47,192 nucleotides of DNA from Prasinococcaceae sp. CCMP 1430 (lineage: Eukaryota; Plantae; Prasinodermophyta): assembly GCA_013416795.1 (NCBI GenBank), contig RQSC01000007.1:265836-313027 (forward strand). Direction: 5' to 3'. Positions 11,687 to 22,679 of this stretch are shown here, one piece after another. Under the pieces are notes generated by a model. It was not told the origin of the DNA. It did no database searches and worked only from the letters and a program-made list of their open reading frames with translations. Position 1 is the stretch's first letter, and each line of letters begins with the position of its first letter. A program made the position numbers and the translations under genes.

Positions 11687-12482
11687 GCGCGCGCGCGAGA
11701 GAGAGCGTCAGCGGGGCCGCCCCCGCGCGCTCGCTCGCGCGACCGCTGGCTGAGAGATACGCGCGCACGCACACGCACACACACACGCACGCACGCACGC
11801 ACGCACGCACACACGAGATCCGCGCGCGCACCTTGTCGGGTCGTAGTAGTAACCCTCGGCACTCACGTAGTACCCGGCGGCTGCGTCCCACGTCCACGGC
11901 GACGCCCCCCCACCCCCACCCCCACCCCCGCCCCCGCCCCCGCTGGTGCCGCGCGCGGCGACGTCTGCGGCGTAGGCCACCTTCGCGGCGGCATCGAGCC
12001 GCGCCATGTCGCTCGCGGCGCGCTCCTCCTCCCGCCGCGCCTTGCTGACCCCCAGCCGCTGCTCCCGCAGCCGCTCCTCCACGGCGGCCTTGTGCGCGGG
12101 CGCCGCCTCGTGCGTGCGGCGGGTCATGATGTTGTCGGCCATCCATACCTGCAAGAGCGCGCGCACGCAAGCGCACGTGTGCGTTTGTGAATGTGTGCGT
12201 GCGCGCGCGCGCGCGCGCGCGTGCGTGAGGTGAGCGTGAGTGCGTGCATGCGTGCGTGCGTGCATGCTTGGACGCATGTGCGCATGTGGTTGCGCGCACG
12301 CAAGTGCATGCATGGCTACGTGCGTGCGCACGCGTACACACGCGCTTGCGTCCGTGCGGGCGGGCGGGCGTGCAAGCCTGCGTGTGGGTAAGCGCGCGCG
12401 TGCTTGCGTGCACGGGAGTGTGCGCGCACACCTTGCAGAAGGTGCAGTAGTACTTCTTGTTGGACTTCCAGTACTCGGTCAT
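11116..12482 (-). CDS. ZOP1: U1C/matrin-type zinc finger plus OCRE domain protein (ZOP1-like splicing factor), with one apparent frameshift
   Basis: Exons 12482-12432, 12148-11832, 11649-11399, 11313-11116. The product has MTEYWKSNKKYYCTFCK/VWMADN..HE..AH, OCRE-like WTWDAAAGYYVSAEGYYYDPT/SKLFYDSATGAW and C-terminal AALAAREAARAR. Exon 3 needs a 1-nt shift near 11520. Confidence 0.82.
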
Positions 12483-12553
12483 GGCTGCCGCCGGCCGCAG
12501 CGCGCGGCGCACCGCGGCACGCGCGCACACACAAACACACGCGCGCGCCCAAG

Positions 12554-12943
12554 GGCGGCCCGTGAGGCCACAGGACGCAGCTATAGTGGCGAGCGCGCGC
12601 CCTCGCCCGTGCCTCGCTGCGCGGGACGCGGCGGCTCGGCGGCGGCTCGTACGACCGCCGCGACGACCGCCGCGACGACCGCCGCGACGACCGCCGTGAC
12701 GACCGCCGCGACGGCCGCCGCGGGGAGCGCACAGAGGTGCGTGTGTGTGTGCCTGTGTGTGTGTGTGAGCTTGCGTGCATGAGTGTGTGTGTGTGCGAGC
12801 GTGTGTGTGTGTGTTTGTGTGTGTGTGTCTGTGTGTGCGAGCGTGTGTGTTTGTGTGTGTGTGTGTGTGTGCGAGCGTGTGTGTGTGTCTGCGAGCGCGC
12901 GTTTGTGTGTGCAAGCGTGCGTGCGTGTGTGTGTGTGTGTGCA

Positions 12944-12995
<52 letters not shown>

Positions 12996-13293
12996 CTCGA
13001 TGGGCTGACGCATGCGCGTGCAGCGCGACCAGCGCGAGCGCGAGCGCTCTCCCCGCGCCCCCGCGATGCCGGACGCGGACGTCGCCGACCTCGCCGAGAA
13101 GGCGCTCATCAAGGTGCTCGAGAAGTGGTCGCCGCCCTTCCCGGCCTCGCACATCAACGACCAGATGAAGCTCATCGACGACAGCTACAAGGGCGTCAAG
13201 TCGTCGGCCTTCCCGCGCTTCGCGGACCTGCTGGCGTACATCGAGAAGGAGCGCGACTTCCTCGAGACCAAGAAGGACAACAACAACCTGCAG
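12554..13293 (+). CDS. Partial gene: RS/RD-rich region followed by a possible OST-HTH/LOTUS winged helix
   Basis: Exons 12554-12736 ([29 protein letters not shown]; 1-nt shift near 12638) and 13024-13293 ([34 protein letters not shown]). The start and the last exon are uncertain; one candidate acceptor is at 13590. Confidence 0.45.
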
Positions 13294-13387
13294 GTGCGCG
13301 CGGGGCGCGGGACGCGCAGGCGCGCAGGGGCGCGCTCGCGCGCGCTCGCTGGGCGCACGCGCTCTACCCACGCGCGTGCGTCCGCGA

Positions 13388-13420
<33 letters not shown>

Positions 13421-13525
13421 TGTGTGCGTGCGTGTGAGTGTGTGTGTGTGTGTGGCACGCACGCACACACGCACGCTCACACACACACACACACGCACAC
13501 GCACACAAACACGCGCGCGCGCGCG

Positions 13526-13591
<66 letters not shown>

Positions 13592-13969
13592 CTACGTGTG
13601 TGTGGCTGGCATACACACGCACGGCACGGGCAAGAGTGGATGAGCCCATGCGCTCTGCCCTCGCTCGCGGTCCCGCACACTGCCTGACGCACTCTGGCGG
13701 ATACGTCGGCGCACGCGCGGGCACGCGCATACGCACACGCATACGCGCACGCAGCAACGGCGTACATGCACACGTGCGCACACGCCCGCGCCGCGCCCCT
13801 CCCTCCCTCGTTCCCTCGCCCTGAGTTGTCAGACGGCGCCTTACGTGCGCACGCGCCGCTGCGCGCGTTGAAGGCGCGGGGGGTACAAAAATGTGCGCGC
13901 ACGCGTGCGCACGCGTGCGTGCGTGCACGCGCGTGTGTGCTGCGTGTGTGTACGCGCGTGCGCGCGTGC

Positions 13970-15111
13970 TCAGCGTGGGAGCGCACCCGCGCCCGCTGCG
14001 GGCGGCGCGAGAGTGCCCGCGCCAGCGGGCGTCACGAGCGGGCTACCTGGCACGCAGTCGGGCTCGCGGCCGTAGTCCATCACGAGGCTGAGCGCCGAGT
14101 GCACGGGCGGGTTGCGCTGGTACCTGTGCGCGCGAGAAAGAGGGGAGGAGGGCCAGAGAGAACCACACAGTGTGTGTAGATGTGCCCGCGTACGCGCGTG
14201 TGCGTGGGTGTACGCGCACGCGTGTGTGAGTGAGAGGGGTTGCGCGTGCGTGCGTGCGTGCGTGCGCGCAAGAGCGTCAGTGCTGTTGCGCACGCCTCCG
14301 TGCGCACGCGCAAACCTGTACGCGCGCGCGGACTTGTGTGCACGTGTGCACATGCGTGCACGAATGCGCGCGAGAGCGAGAGAAGGCGCGGCGCGCCCGT
14401 ACATGCAGCCGCCCGGCGCGTTCGGGTTGATGTACGGGTCCGGGTGGCGCCGCTCCCACAGCAGACGCTCGCCCTCGGCGATGAGCCGGTCGATGCGGTC
14501 GGGCTCTTGGACGTGGCGGTACTGTTCGAACGCCGCACGGCACTTCTCCGCCTATGCGCGTGCGTGCGTGTGCGTGTGTGTGCGCATGGCCGCGCGTGTG
14601 CGCGCGTGTGCGCGCGCATGCGCCGCGTGGCATTTAGGGTTAGGGAACGGCGCCGCAGCGTGTGAGGCCCAAGTGCGCGCACAGGGCGCGCGTGCGCCAC
14701 GCGTGGAGGCGTGCCGCCCCGACGGCCTTGCCACGGCTGTCGCCCCAACCCGCGTGCCAGGCAGGGTGCGTCTGACGGCGACGGCGCGGCATGCCCCGGC
14801 ACGCGCCCCACGCGCGAACAGCATCCGCACCGAAAAAGGGGGCGACACACCCCAGCGCATACGTGCACGCGCGCACCGACGCAGGTGTGCGCATGTGCAC
14901 TCATGCATGTGCACGTGCACGCGCACGTGCGCCTCCCCGCGCGCGCGCGCGCTCTCCCCCCTCCCCCTCTATGCTGCGCCCCCCGCGTGCGCAAGCTTAC
15001 CTCCGTGCAGAGCTCCTCCCTGAACACCGACCAGTCCCAGATGGCCTTGAGCGAGCGGCGGTACAGCGAGCGCACGCGCGCGACCTGCGCGGCACGCGGC
15101 GCCGCGGCCAT
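13970..15111 (-). CDS. NDUFB9: NADH:ubiquinone oxidoreductase subunit B22 (LYR family)
   Basis: Exons 15111-15001, 14551-14403, 14123-13970. The product has VRSLYRRSLK, DRIDRLIAEGE, RHPDPYINPNAPGGCM/YQRNPP and DYG. Confidence 0.92.
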
Positions 15112-15239
15112 CGCGCGCGCGGTCGCGCGGCGCGCGCGCGGTCGCGCCCCGCTGGAGGGCGTGGGTGCGGCGGTCGCGGGGGGTAGTGAGGGCGCGTGCG
15201 CGCCGCGCGCGCGCTCTGGCGTCGGCGCCTGCGTGTCCT

Positions 15240-15400
15240 GTTTGATTTGGATGCCGCCCTCAGCGGAATCCAAAGGAATCCTTTCATCATAATACATTGC
15301 AATGCTCTCAAATGACACAATCCCTAATTCGATATGATGGAATCCATATATAAATGCTTTTGCGTGGTGCGCATGGATTCCGCCAGCGGACGGCGATGAT
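15240..15400. promoter_or_regulatory. AT-rich island between divergent NDUFB9 and CASC1, bounded by 10-bp inverted repeats
   Basis: GCGGAATCCA 15263-15272 and TGGATTCCGC 15374-15383; internal GGAATCC copies, CCCTAA and TATATAAA. Confidence 0.6.
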
Positions 15401-15680
15401 CGGGCGGTTCCCGTTTTGGCCCGCCCGAGCGTGCGCGCGCGGGCGCGGGCGGGTGGGCGTGAGCTTGCGTGCTTGCACGTGTGTGTGTTCGAGGGGAGGG
15501 AGGGGACTGAGGGGCCAGGCGCGTGTGCGGCCGGTTGCAAAGCCACGCAGGCGCGCCACTCGGACGTTCGCGTGCGCGCGCGCGCGCGCGCGAGCGAGCG
15601 TGCGCGGCCGGCGGGTGTGCGTGCGTGAGCGCGAGTGTGTACACGAACGTGCGCCGTGCAGCGGCGTCAGCTCCGGCGCC

Positions 15681-18273
15681 ATGCCGCCCAAACAGTCCAA
15701 GAAGGAGAAGGCCGCCGAGCGAGCGGCTGAGCTCGCGCGCCTCGAGGAAGAGCGCATTCTCGCGGAGGAGGAGGCCGCGCGCGCGGCCGCGGAGGAGGCC
15801 GCGCGGCGCGCCGCGGAGGAGGAGGCGCGGCGCGAGGCCGAGGAGAAGCGCCTTGCGGCTGAGGCGGTGCGTCTCGACGACGAGCGCGCAGCGCTGCTGC
15901 CCTTTCTCGAGGGGCGTGCCGCGGCACTCGCGCTGCTGCGGGGTGCGCAGCGCGATGCGGAGGCGTGGGAGCGCTACTTGGCGTGCGTGCCGCTGCCTTT
16001 GCCCGACGCGCCCGCGGCGATGAGCGAGTACCTCAGCGAGAAGGCCGCCGCGGCGCACATGCAGATGCCGCTAAGCGAGGCGCTTGCGCTGGCGGCGGAC
16101 AACGAGCGCGTCATCGCCGAGGCCGAGGCGCTCCTTCTGGGTGCAGTGACGCGCGCGGGCGTTGAGAAGGGGGGCGTGGTTGCGACGGCGGGCGCCGCCG
16201 AAGCGCTGGCGGCGCGCGTGGGCGCCCTGCGCGAGCTGTCGCGCAGCGCCGTCGACTGCGCGACTGCGCGGCTACTTGCGCGTGCCGAGGAGCTCGCCGA
16301 CTCAGAGAGCGGCGAGGTGCGCGTGGCGGCGCAAACCTCCGAGCGCGACAGCTTTGGACTTTGGTGCAACCATGGCAGGTACGCGCGCGCGCGCGCACGC
16401 ACTCACACGCGTACTTGCGCACACGTGCACGAATTCTCACACGCGCTCACGCGCATGCGCACGCACCACACGTCTGTCGCGTGCACTCTCCGCACGCACA
16501 TGCGCATGCATATCCAACACAACACACACATGCACATACACACCCTGAAACACGCGCGCACGCACACGCACACGAACGCACCCTCGCGAACATATCGTTC
16601 CCAACCCCAGGAACCCGCGCGTCAAGACTGTCGCCTTCCCGGAGCACGGCGTGTCGCTCGAGCTGCCCAAGCCGCTGGTGCTCGCCAGCGTGGCACTGCG
16701 CGTGCGGCGCACGGCCGTGGACGAGTTCGCCGGCCTCGCGGAGGATGGCCACATGGCTTTGGGGCCCGTGCTGCACGTCGAGCTGCTGCAGCTGCCGCAG
16801 GTGAGTGAGCGGGTGTACCATTCAAGCAGTATGCGTTTGTGTGTTGTGTGAGTGCGCGCGTCTTCGTGTGTGTACGTGTGTGTTTGCGTGCGCGTGCGTG
16901 CGTACATGCGTGCGTCCCGGCATGCAGACTCCCGACAATCAATCCGATCTCCAACAACTGACGCATCGATCTATTCTTTGTTCATACGCCACGACAACTG
17001 CACACGCGCGCGCGCGCGCGCGCGCTCACGCGCACCTCCAGCCTCCCAAGCGCGCGGGCGGCTGGACGATGCGCGCCATCACGCCGCTTACGACGGGCGT
17101 GCAGCGCCTGCCGTACCCCATCCCGCCCGCTGGAAGCGATTTGCAGGCGTCCGCGGCGGTGCCCGGCACGCCTGCGAAGGGGGAGGGCGGTGCGGTGGCC
17201 GCGTCCGCGGCGCCGCCGATGACGGTCACCATGCCCGTGCCCGCCGACGCGGTGGTGCTGCGCGCGGGTGCGCCGCGCGTGGGTTGGTGGGACGCGCTGG
17301 CCTCGTGCTGGCGCACGGACGGTGTGGAGGGTGCCGCGTATGGCGTGAGCGAGGACGGCAGGCGCTCAGTGACGTTCTCGACGCCGCACCTGACCTCGTT
17401 CGCGCTTCTGCAGGTGAGCGAGTGGGGAGGCGATCCAGCAGTTAGTGTGTTGGCGTGCTGACGTATGCGTGCGTGCGTGCGCGCATGCATAAGATGCTGC
17501 GTGCGTGCGTGTGTGTGCGCGCGCGTTCGTGCGTGTACCTGACCTTCCATGCGCCGCTGCAGCCGCGCGCACGGCTGCTGCCCTACGCGCACTGGGCGCT
17601 GCGCCCGACGGCCGAGGCGGCCGCTCGGCTCACGCTGCGCTGCGCGGTGGGCGACGTGGAGCTCGACGTCACCGAGGGCGGGGTGGCGCTCGCCGCGCCT
17701 GCGCTGGGTCCGCTTGCGGGGCTCATCGGCGAGAGCATGCCGCCGCGAGCGCTGCTCAACCGCCTCTCCAGGTGCGGCCTCCACCTGCTCCCCGAGGACC
17801 GTGACGCGCCCTTCGTTGTTGGCGGCGCGGCCGTGGTGCCCAAGGACGCCGACCTGGAGCACGCGCTGTGCGCCGACGCGGCGCTTCTCGCACCGAGCTT
17901 CGTGGTGGCGTCGAGCGCGTGGAACGCCGGTGCTGGGCGCGACGTGGCGCACTTCCGCGCCCTCGAGGTGGGCGCCGAGTACTTTCGCGTGCCGACCACG
18001 CACGCGCGCCTGGAGGCGCACCTGAAGAAGCGCGGCGCGTGCTTCTTGCGCCGCCTCAAGGACGTGGTGCGCGTGGAGCTGCCGGAGGGGGACGCGTCCA
18101 CGGTCGCCGCGCATGATCCCGTTGAGCTAGGCGACTACCATGCGAGCCTCGTGGTGCTCATCCGGAAGCTTGCGGGCGCGGAGGCCGTGGCGCGCGTGGA
18201 GCGCGGCAGCGTGGCTTTCTGCGAGCACGCCAAGGACCTCATGCTCGCCATGAGGCTGTTCTCCTTTGGCTGA
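15681..18273 (+). CDS. DNAI7: Axonemal dynein I1/f subunit IC97 / CASC1-like protein
   Basis: Phase-consistent exons 15681-16378, 16611-16800, 17042-17413, 17563-18273. The product has MPPK plus an E/A/R coiled coil, WERYLAC, FGLWCNHG/RNPRVKTVAFP, WWD..WRTDG and LPYAHWALRP. Confidence 0.82.
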
Positions 18274-18720
18274 GGCCGCGCGCACAAGCACACAGGGACG
18301 CGCACGCGGACGCGCACACGCACGCGCGCGCCCCAGCTCATCGGGAGCGAGCGAAGTGAAGCTCTTTGCAGTGGCCTTTGCTCACACACGCACGTGCACG
18401 CGCATGCGCGCACGCTCACTCACTTAGACACGCGCGTGGGCACACACACACACACACACACGCATGCACACACACACACACACACACGCGCATGCACATG
18501 CACACACACACACACACATACACGCATGCACGCGCAAGGACGCGCGCTGTGTCCAGCCGGGCGAGGAGCATCCGGGGGAGAGTTTAGGCCTGGTGCGCAT
18601 CGCCGCGGGCGAGCGCGCGCGCGCGCACCGCCAGCGCAGCGCGGATGGGTTTCCTGGCTAAGGGGCCGCTGTGTGTGGGTGTGTGTGGGTGTGTAGGGGT
18701 GGGGTGGGGGTGGGGTTGGC

Positions 18721-19257
18721 TCACTCGGCCGGCTTTGACGCGCCGGGCACCCCCCACTGGTGGAACTTGCATATGCCGCGCTCGGCCCCCCTTATGGAGG
18801 CGATGAGCGTGGCGACGGGCCCGTCGGCGTCGAAGCCCTCCTCGCCCTCGAGCGCCTGCATGCGCTCGGCGAGCGTGGCCTCGCTGGCGCCGTCGTTGAC
18901 GAAGATGACCATGTAGGCGTGGCGCAGCGCGCGCAGCTGCGCCTCGCCGAAGCCCGCGCGGCGCAGGCCCACCTGGTTGAGCCCCCGCGTGCGCGCCCTG
19001 TCGCCCTGCACCATGAGGAAGGCGGGCACGTCGCGCTCCACCATGGCGCCCCCCGCGACGAACGCGTAGTCCCCCACGTTGCAGAACTGGTGCACGGCGG
19101 TGGCGCCGCCGAAGTGCACGCAGTCCCCCACCACCACGTGGCCCGCCAGCAGCGTGCCGTTCGCCACCACGTTCGAGTCGCCCAGGATGCAGTCGTGCGC
19201 CACGTGGGAGCCGCCCATCAGCAGGTTGTGGCTGCCGATGGTGGTCGTCCACTCGGG
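18721..19257 (-). CDS. lpxA: UDP-N-acetylglucosamine acyltransferase (LpxA), C-terminal half only
   Basis: The exon after acceptor 19259-19258 encodes TTIGSHNLLMGGSHVAHDCILG, NGTLLAGHV, AVHQFC, VERDVP and GLNQVGLRRAGF. N-terminal hexapeptide exons were not found in the window. Confidence 0.88.
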   Translation of the reverse strand, partial: PEWTTTIGSHNLLMGGSHVAHDCILGDSNVVANGTLLAGHVVVGDCVHFGGATAVHQFCNVGDYAFVAGGAMVERDVPAFLMVQGDRARTRGLNQVGLRRAGFGEAQLRALRHAYMVIFVNDGASEATLAERMQALEGEEGFDADGPVATLIASIRGAERGICKFHQWGVPGASKPAE

Positions 19258-19387
19258 CTGCGCGGTCGGGGTGGGCGCAGGCGAGCACGGCCGGTGCGGC
19301 GCGGAGAGGGTCAGCCGCACGCGCGCGTGCCGTGTGTGTGCTCGCGTGTGTGCGTGCGCGCGCGCGCTTTCGTGCGTGTGCGCGCGC

Positions 19388-19609
19388 ATGCGGGCGCCGC
19401 GCGCTCCGGCCTGGCGCGTACACCAGTTCTCGGCGCGCGGCTCGGCGCTTGCCGTTGTGGGCACGCTCGCCGCGACCGCGGGCATCGTAGCATGGGTGCA
19501 CGAGATGCAACGCGACGAGCGCGACAAGCTGCGCAAGGGTCTGGCGCGCGACAAGGCCATGCTCGCCAAGAAGCGCGCCGAGCGTGGGCTGCCGCCGCTG
19601 CCGGAGTGA
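19388..19609 (+). CDS. PET117: Cytochrome c oxidase assembly factor PET117-like
   Basis: SARGSALAVVGTLAATAGIVAWVHEMQRDERDKLRKGLARD matches the PET117 pattern (TM helix, VH..Q..ER..L..G..RD). The start is either the in-frame ATG at 19388 or a missing exon spliced to the AG at 19425-19426. Confidence 0.75.
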   Translation: MRAPRAPAWRVHQFSARGSALAVVGTLAATAGIVAWVHEMQRDERDKLRKGLARDKAMLAKKRAERGLPPLPE

Positions 19610-20082
19610 TCGCACAGAGGGGCACGCGCACACGCCGGAATTGAGCGCGCACCCGCTCCAGCGGCATGCACAAGGGCGCATCATGCCGTTCCATTCTGCG
19701 GCGGTGACGGTGACGCACGTAACGCACATTCTTTGGTGGGGCTCTCGCTCGAGCGGTCTCGCGGCGGCCATTTCCCTCGCTGTTACGTCGGGCCCGACTC
19801 GTGAAGCGCGCCATGTGCGCCCACGGCAGCGTTGGACAGCGCGCAAAGGGTCTGCCTGGGTGGGACAGTCGTGTGGGCCTGCCCTGACGGGCCACGCGCA
19901 CGCTGCATGCGTGGTGCGTGGGCGTAATTGTCAGCCAAGGGTCGAAGGGAGAGGTGACGCCTCGCCCGAGAGTGCTTCACGGTGATTCTTATGAGTACAT
20001 GTGCAGAGTATCAGCCTTCGCGAGCGCACGGCGGGCGCTCAGCTGTCGGGCAAGCAGTCTCTACATGCTACATTGCGTGATA

Positions 20083-22389
20083 TTAGCAGGGGATCCCCAG
20101 CGTGCGGTCGAGCCCGTCGAGTAGGATGGCGGCGCTTGACGAGCACTCGCGCTTCTCGTCGGTAAGAACTGCTGTCTTGCCCAGCGCCTTCCCAGACACG
20201 CCCGCGAGCAGGGCGGCAACGCCCTTCCCCGTTGCCAGCCGTGTCGCGGGGACAACGAGCGCCTTGAAGCCCTCCAGCGCCGCTGCCGCGCGCTGTGCGC
20301 GGTCCTCGAAGCCCAGGTCGATCCCTGGGCCCACGCCGCCGCCGCGCCGCGCGGCTGCGGCCGCCTGCACCGACTCCGTCGCAGCGCGCACGGCGGTGTC
20401 GCGCACGATGGCGCCGAACGCCTTGAGGAGTGCCGAGCTCGCGTTGATTCCCGCCTGCGCGCAGCGCAGCGCACCGGCATCGTCCTCTTCAGCCATAAGT
20501 GCGGCACACAATGGCAACAGGGCCGCAGCAGACTCGAGCGTGAGCCGCTTGTCGGTCGCAAGAGATGGCACCACGTCTGCAGCGGCCGAGATGTCGCCCG
20601 CGCGCGTGAGCGCGCGCGCGGCGGCGCGGATGTCCCCGCGTTGCGCGAACGAAGACGCGGCACGCACCGCGGTGAGGCGGTTGGTGAGCGCCACGGCGAC
20701 AGCCGCGTGACCCGCACACAGCGCAGCCGCATGGTCTGTTGGCGGCGCCGCCCGCACTGCCCGCGCCTCCGCCATGGCCCCCGAGAGGTCGCCCGCAAGC
20801 AGTGACTCGCCCGTCACGACTCCGATCGAGTTCTGATCCGCGCGCGCATCAAGCCCCAACACCGAGTCAGCGGCGGCGGGCGACGGAGGCGACACTGCCC
20901 CCGAGCTTGTCGAGACAGACTGCGCGGGCACATCCGTGGCCTGCGGACGGGCTTGCACCTCGCGCGGCGTCGCTTTGGCTGCGGGCTCCCTCGCGGCGGA
21001 CACCTTCGAGGAGGGTGGCGCTTCTCTGCGCTCGGGCGCCATCACGACGACCGGGGGCGAGGATGGCGCCTTGGGCGCCTTGTGGATGGGCGCGGCGGCC
21101 CGCTGCGTGTCGTGCTGCAGCTGCGGTGCTCGCGCCAGCGGTGCGCGCTTCTGCCTGCCCTCGTTCACGTCTAGAGCGCGCACCCCCGCGCTCGCAGCAT
21201 CGACTGCTCGGACCGATCCGAGCGGCGGCGTGACGGCTGGGCCCGCGGGTGCGTCCGCGGCGTCGGCCTCACCGAACGGCCGCACTTTGCTCAGGTCGAC
21301 GGCCCACACGCCAACGAACGAGCCCGAAAAGCCCGTGCCCAGGAGCCTTGGCGGCGCTGGCGCTCCATCGCGCGACGCGTCCACACCACCCGCGTGCACC
21401 ACTGCGTCCGAGGCCCTGTGCCAGCCAGCATGCACCGCGTCGTGGCATCGCACGGGCTCCCAACCCCACACCTTGAGAGCGTCACCGGCGCACGACAGCA
21501 GCGCGGAGCCGTCCGGCGTGAACGCGAGGCTGCTCACCTGCGACACGTCCGGCCCGCCGCAGCCAACCTGTGCGAACGTCTCGAGGTCCCACAGCCGCAC
21601 AGTACGATCCGCCGAACCCGTCGCCAGCAAGAACTCGTTCGGGTGGAACTCCAAGTCGGTGATCGTGCTCTTGTGCATGCCCAGCTCCGCCAGCATGCGC
21701 CCCGCAGTCAAATCCCACAGCCGCACTGACCCGGCCTCGTCGCCGCTCACCACCCACCGCCCGTCTGGTGAGAAGCGCACGGCGGTCACGCCGGCCGTGT
21801 GGCCCTTGTACGTGTGGATGCAGCCGCGCCGTCGAATGTCCCATACCTGCGCGAGACAAGCAGAGCGCGGTTGCGCGCGGCACAGGCGCCGTCAGCATTC
21901 GAGCTGTGCGGCCGCGCCCCACGCAGCGAAGTGGACCGCGCGCGGAGGTGTGAGTGCGCGAGGCGGGGGATTGCTGGGGATTCGCACCTTCATGTTGGTG
22001 TCCATCGAGCCGCTCGCGCAGAACTCGCCGAATGGGTGGAAGTCCACCGCCTCGCAGTCGGATCGGTGCCCTGTGAGGCTGCGCACGCACTTGGCCTCGT
22101 GCAGGTCCCACAGCTTGAGCGTGCCGCTCGCCGCGCCGGCGAGCACGACCTCCTCTTGTGCGTCGAAGGTGACGCAGCGTACCTCGGAGTTGTGCCCCGT
22201 GAGCGAGAGCAGCGGTGCCGGATTGCCGATGGCCCACACGTTCACCCGACGGTCGTCCGCGCCCGTGGCGAGCACCGAGCAGCTCTTCCGCCCAAACGCC
22301 GCGCAGCTCACCTCGGCGCCCGCATGTGCGACGAACTCGTGGATCTTGCGCGCGCGCGGCGCGCCGCCATGCGCATCGCCCGCCGACAT
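20083..22389 (-). CDS. KATNB1: Katanin p80 WD40 subunit B1
   Basis: Exons 22389-21988 and 21846-20083. WD40 repeats include EFVAH, GHRSDCEAVDFHPFGEFCASGSMDTNMK/VWDIRRRGC and EFHPNEFLLATGSADRTV, followed by a low-complexity linker and a katanin con80-like C-terminus. Confidence 0.93.
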
Positions 22390-22679
22390 CTCCCTCCCTC
22401 CCTCCCTCCCTGTCTCTCTCACTCGCGCGCGCGCGGCCGCCGCTGCGCGCCCGGGCCTCCCCTCGCCCGAGCCCCCCGCACGATCGCACCGCCCGCGGAG
22501 GCACCGCCTTCCCCTCCCCCCGCCCCAGCGCCTCCGCCTCAAGCCGCACCGCAAGCCAGGCGCTGCCCCCACCCCCCCCTCTCTCCCCGGGCGCACGCCC
22601 CGCGCGCGCCCACTGGCGCGCGAGCGCGCGCGGCTGCGGCGCGCTTCAAACGAGGCGGGCGGCGCCCCAGTTCAAATGA

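Noticed and set aside
12652-12720. 12-bp tandem array as a possible CRISPR or non-coding satellite
   Set aside because: It has no spacers and reads as a DRRD-coding exon that splices in phase.
14633-14645. TTTAGGGTTAGGG as an interstitial telomere
   Set aside because: Only two units, inside an NDUFB9 intron where the sense strand reads CCCTAAC, a branch-point consensus.
18557-18661. Possible orphan terminal exon (PGEEHPGESL...) after a CA-rich tract
   Set aside because: No donor partner or recognisable product; it could be CASC1 or LpxA 3' UTR.
19258-19426. Spliced-leader trans-splicing as the explanation for orphan acceptors
   Set aside because: SL addition cannot supply the missing half of LpxA, and the scaffold shows other assembly defects.
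2232-19426. Introner-like mobile introns
   Set aside because: The introns share composition, but I saw no alignable sequence, terminal repeats or target duplications between them; an all-vs-all alignment would be decisive.
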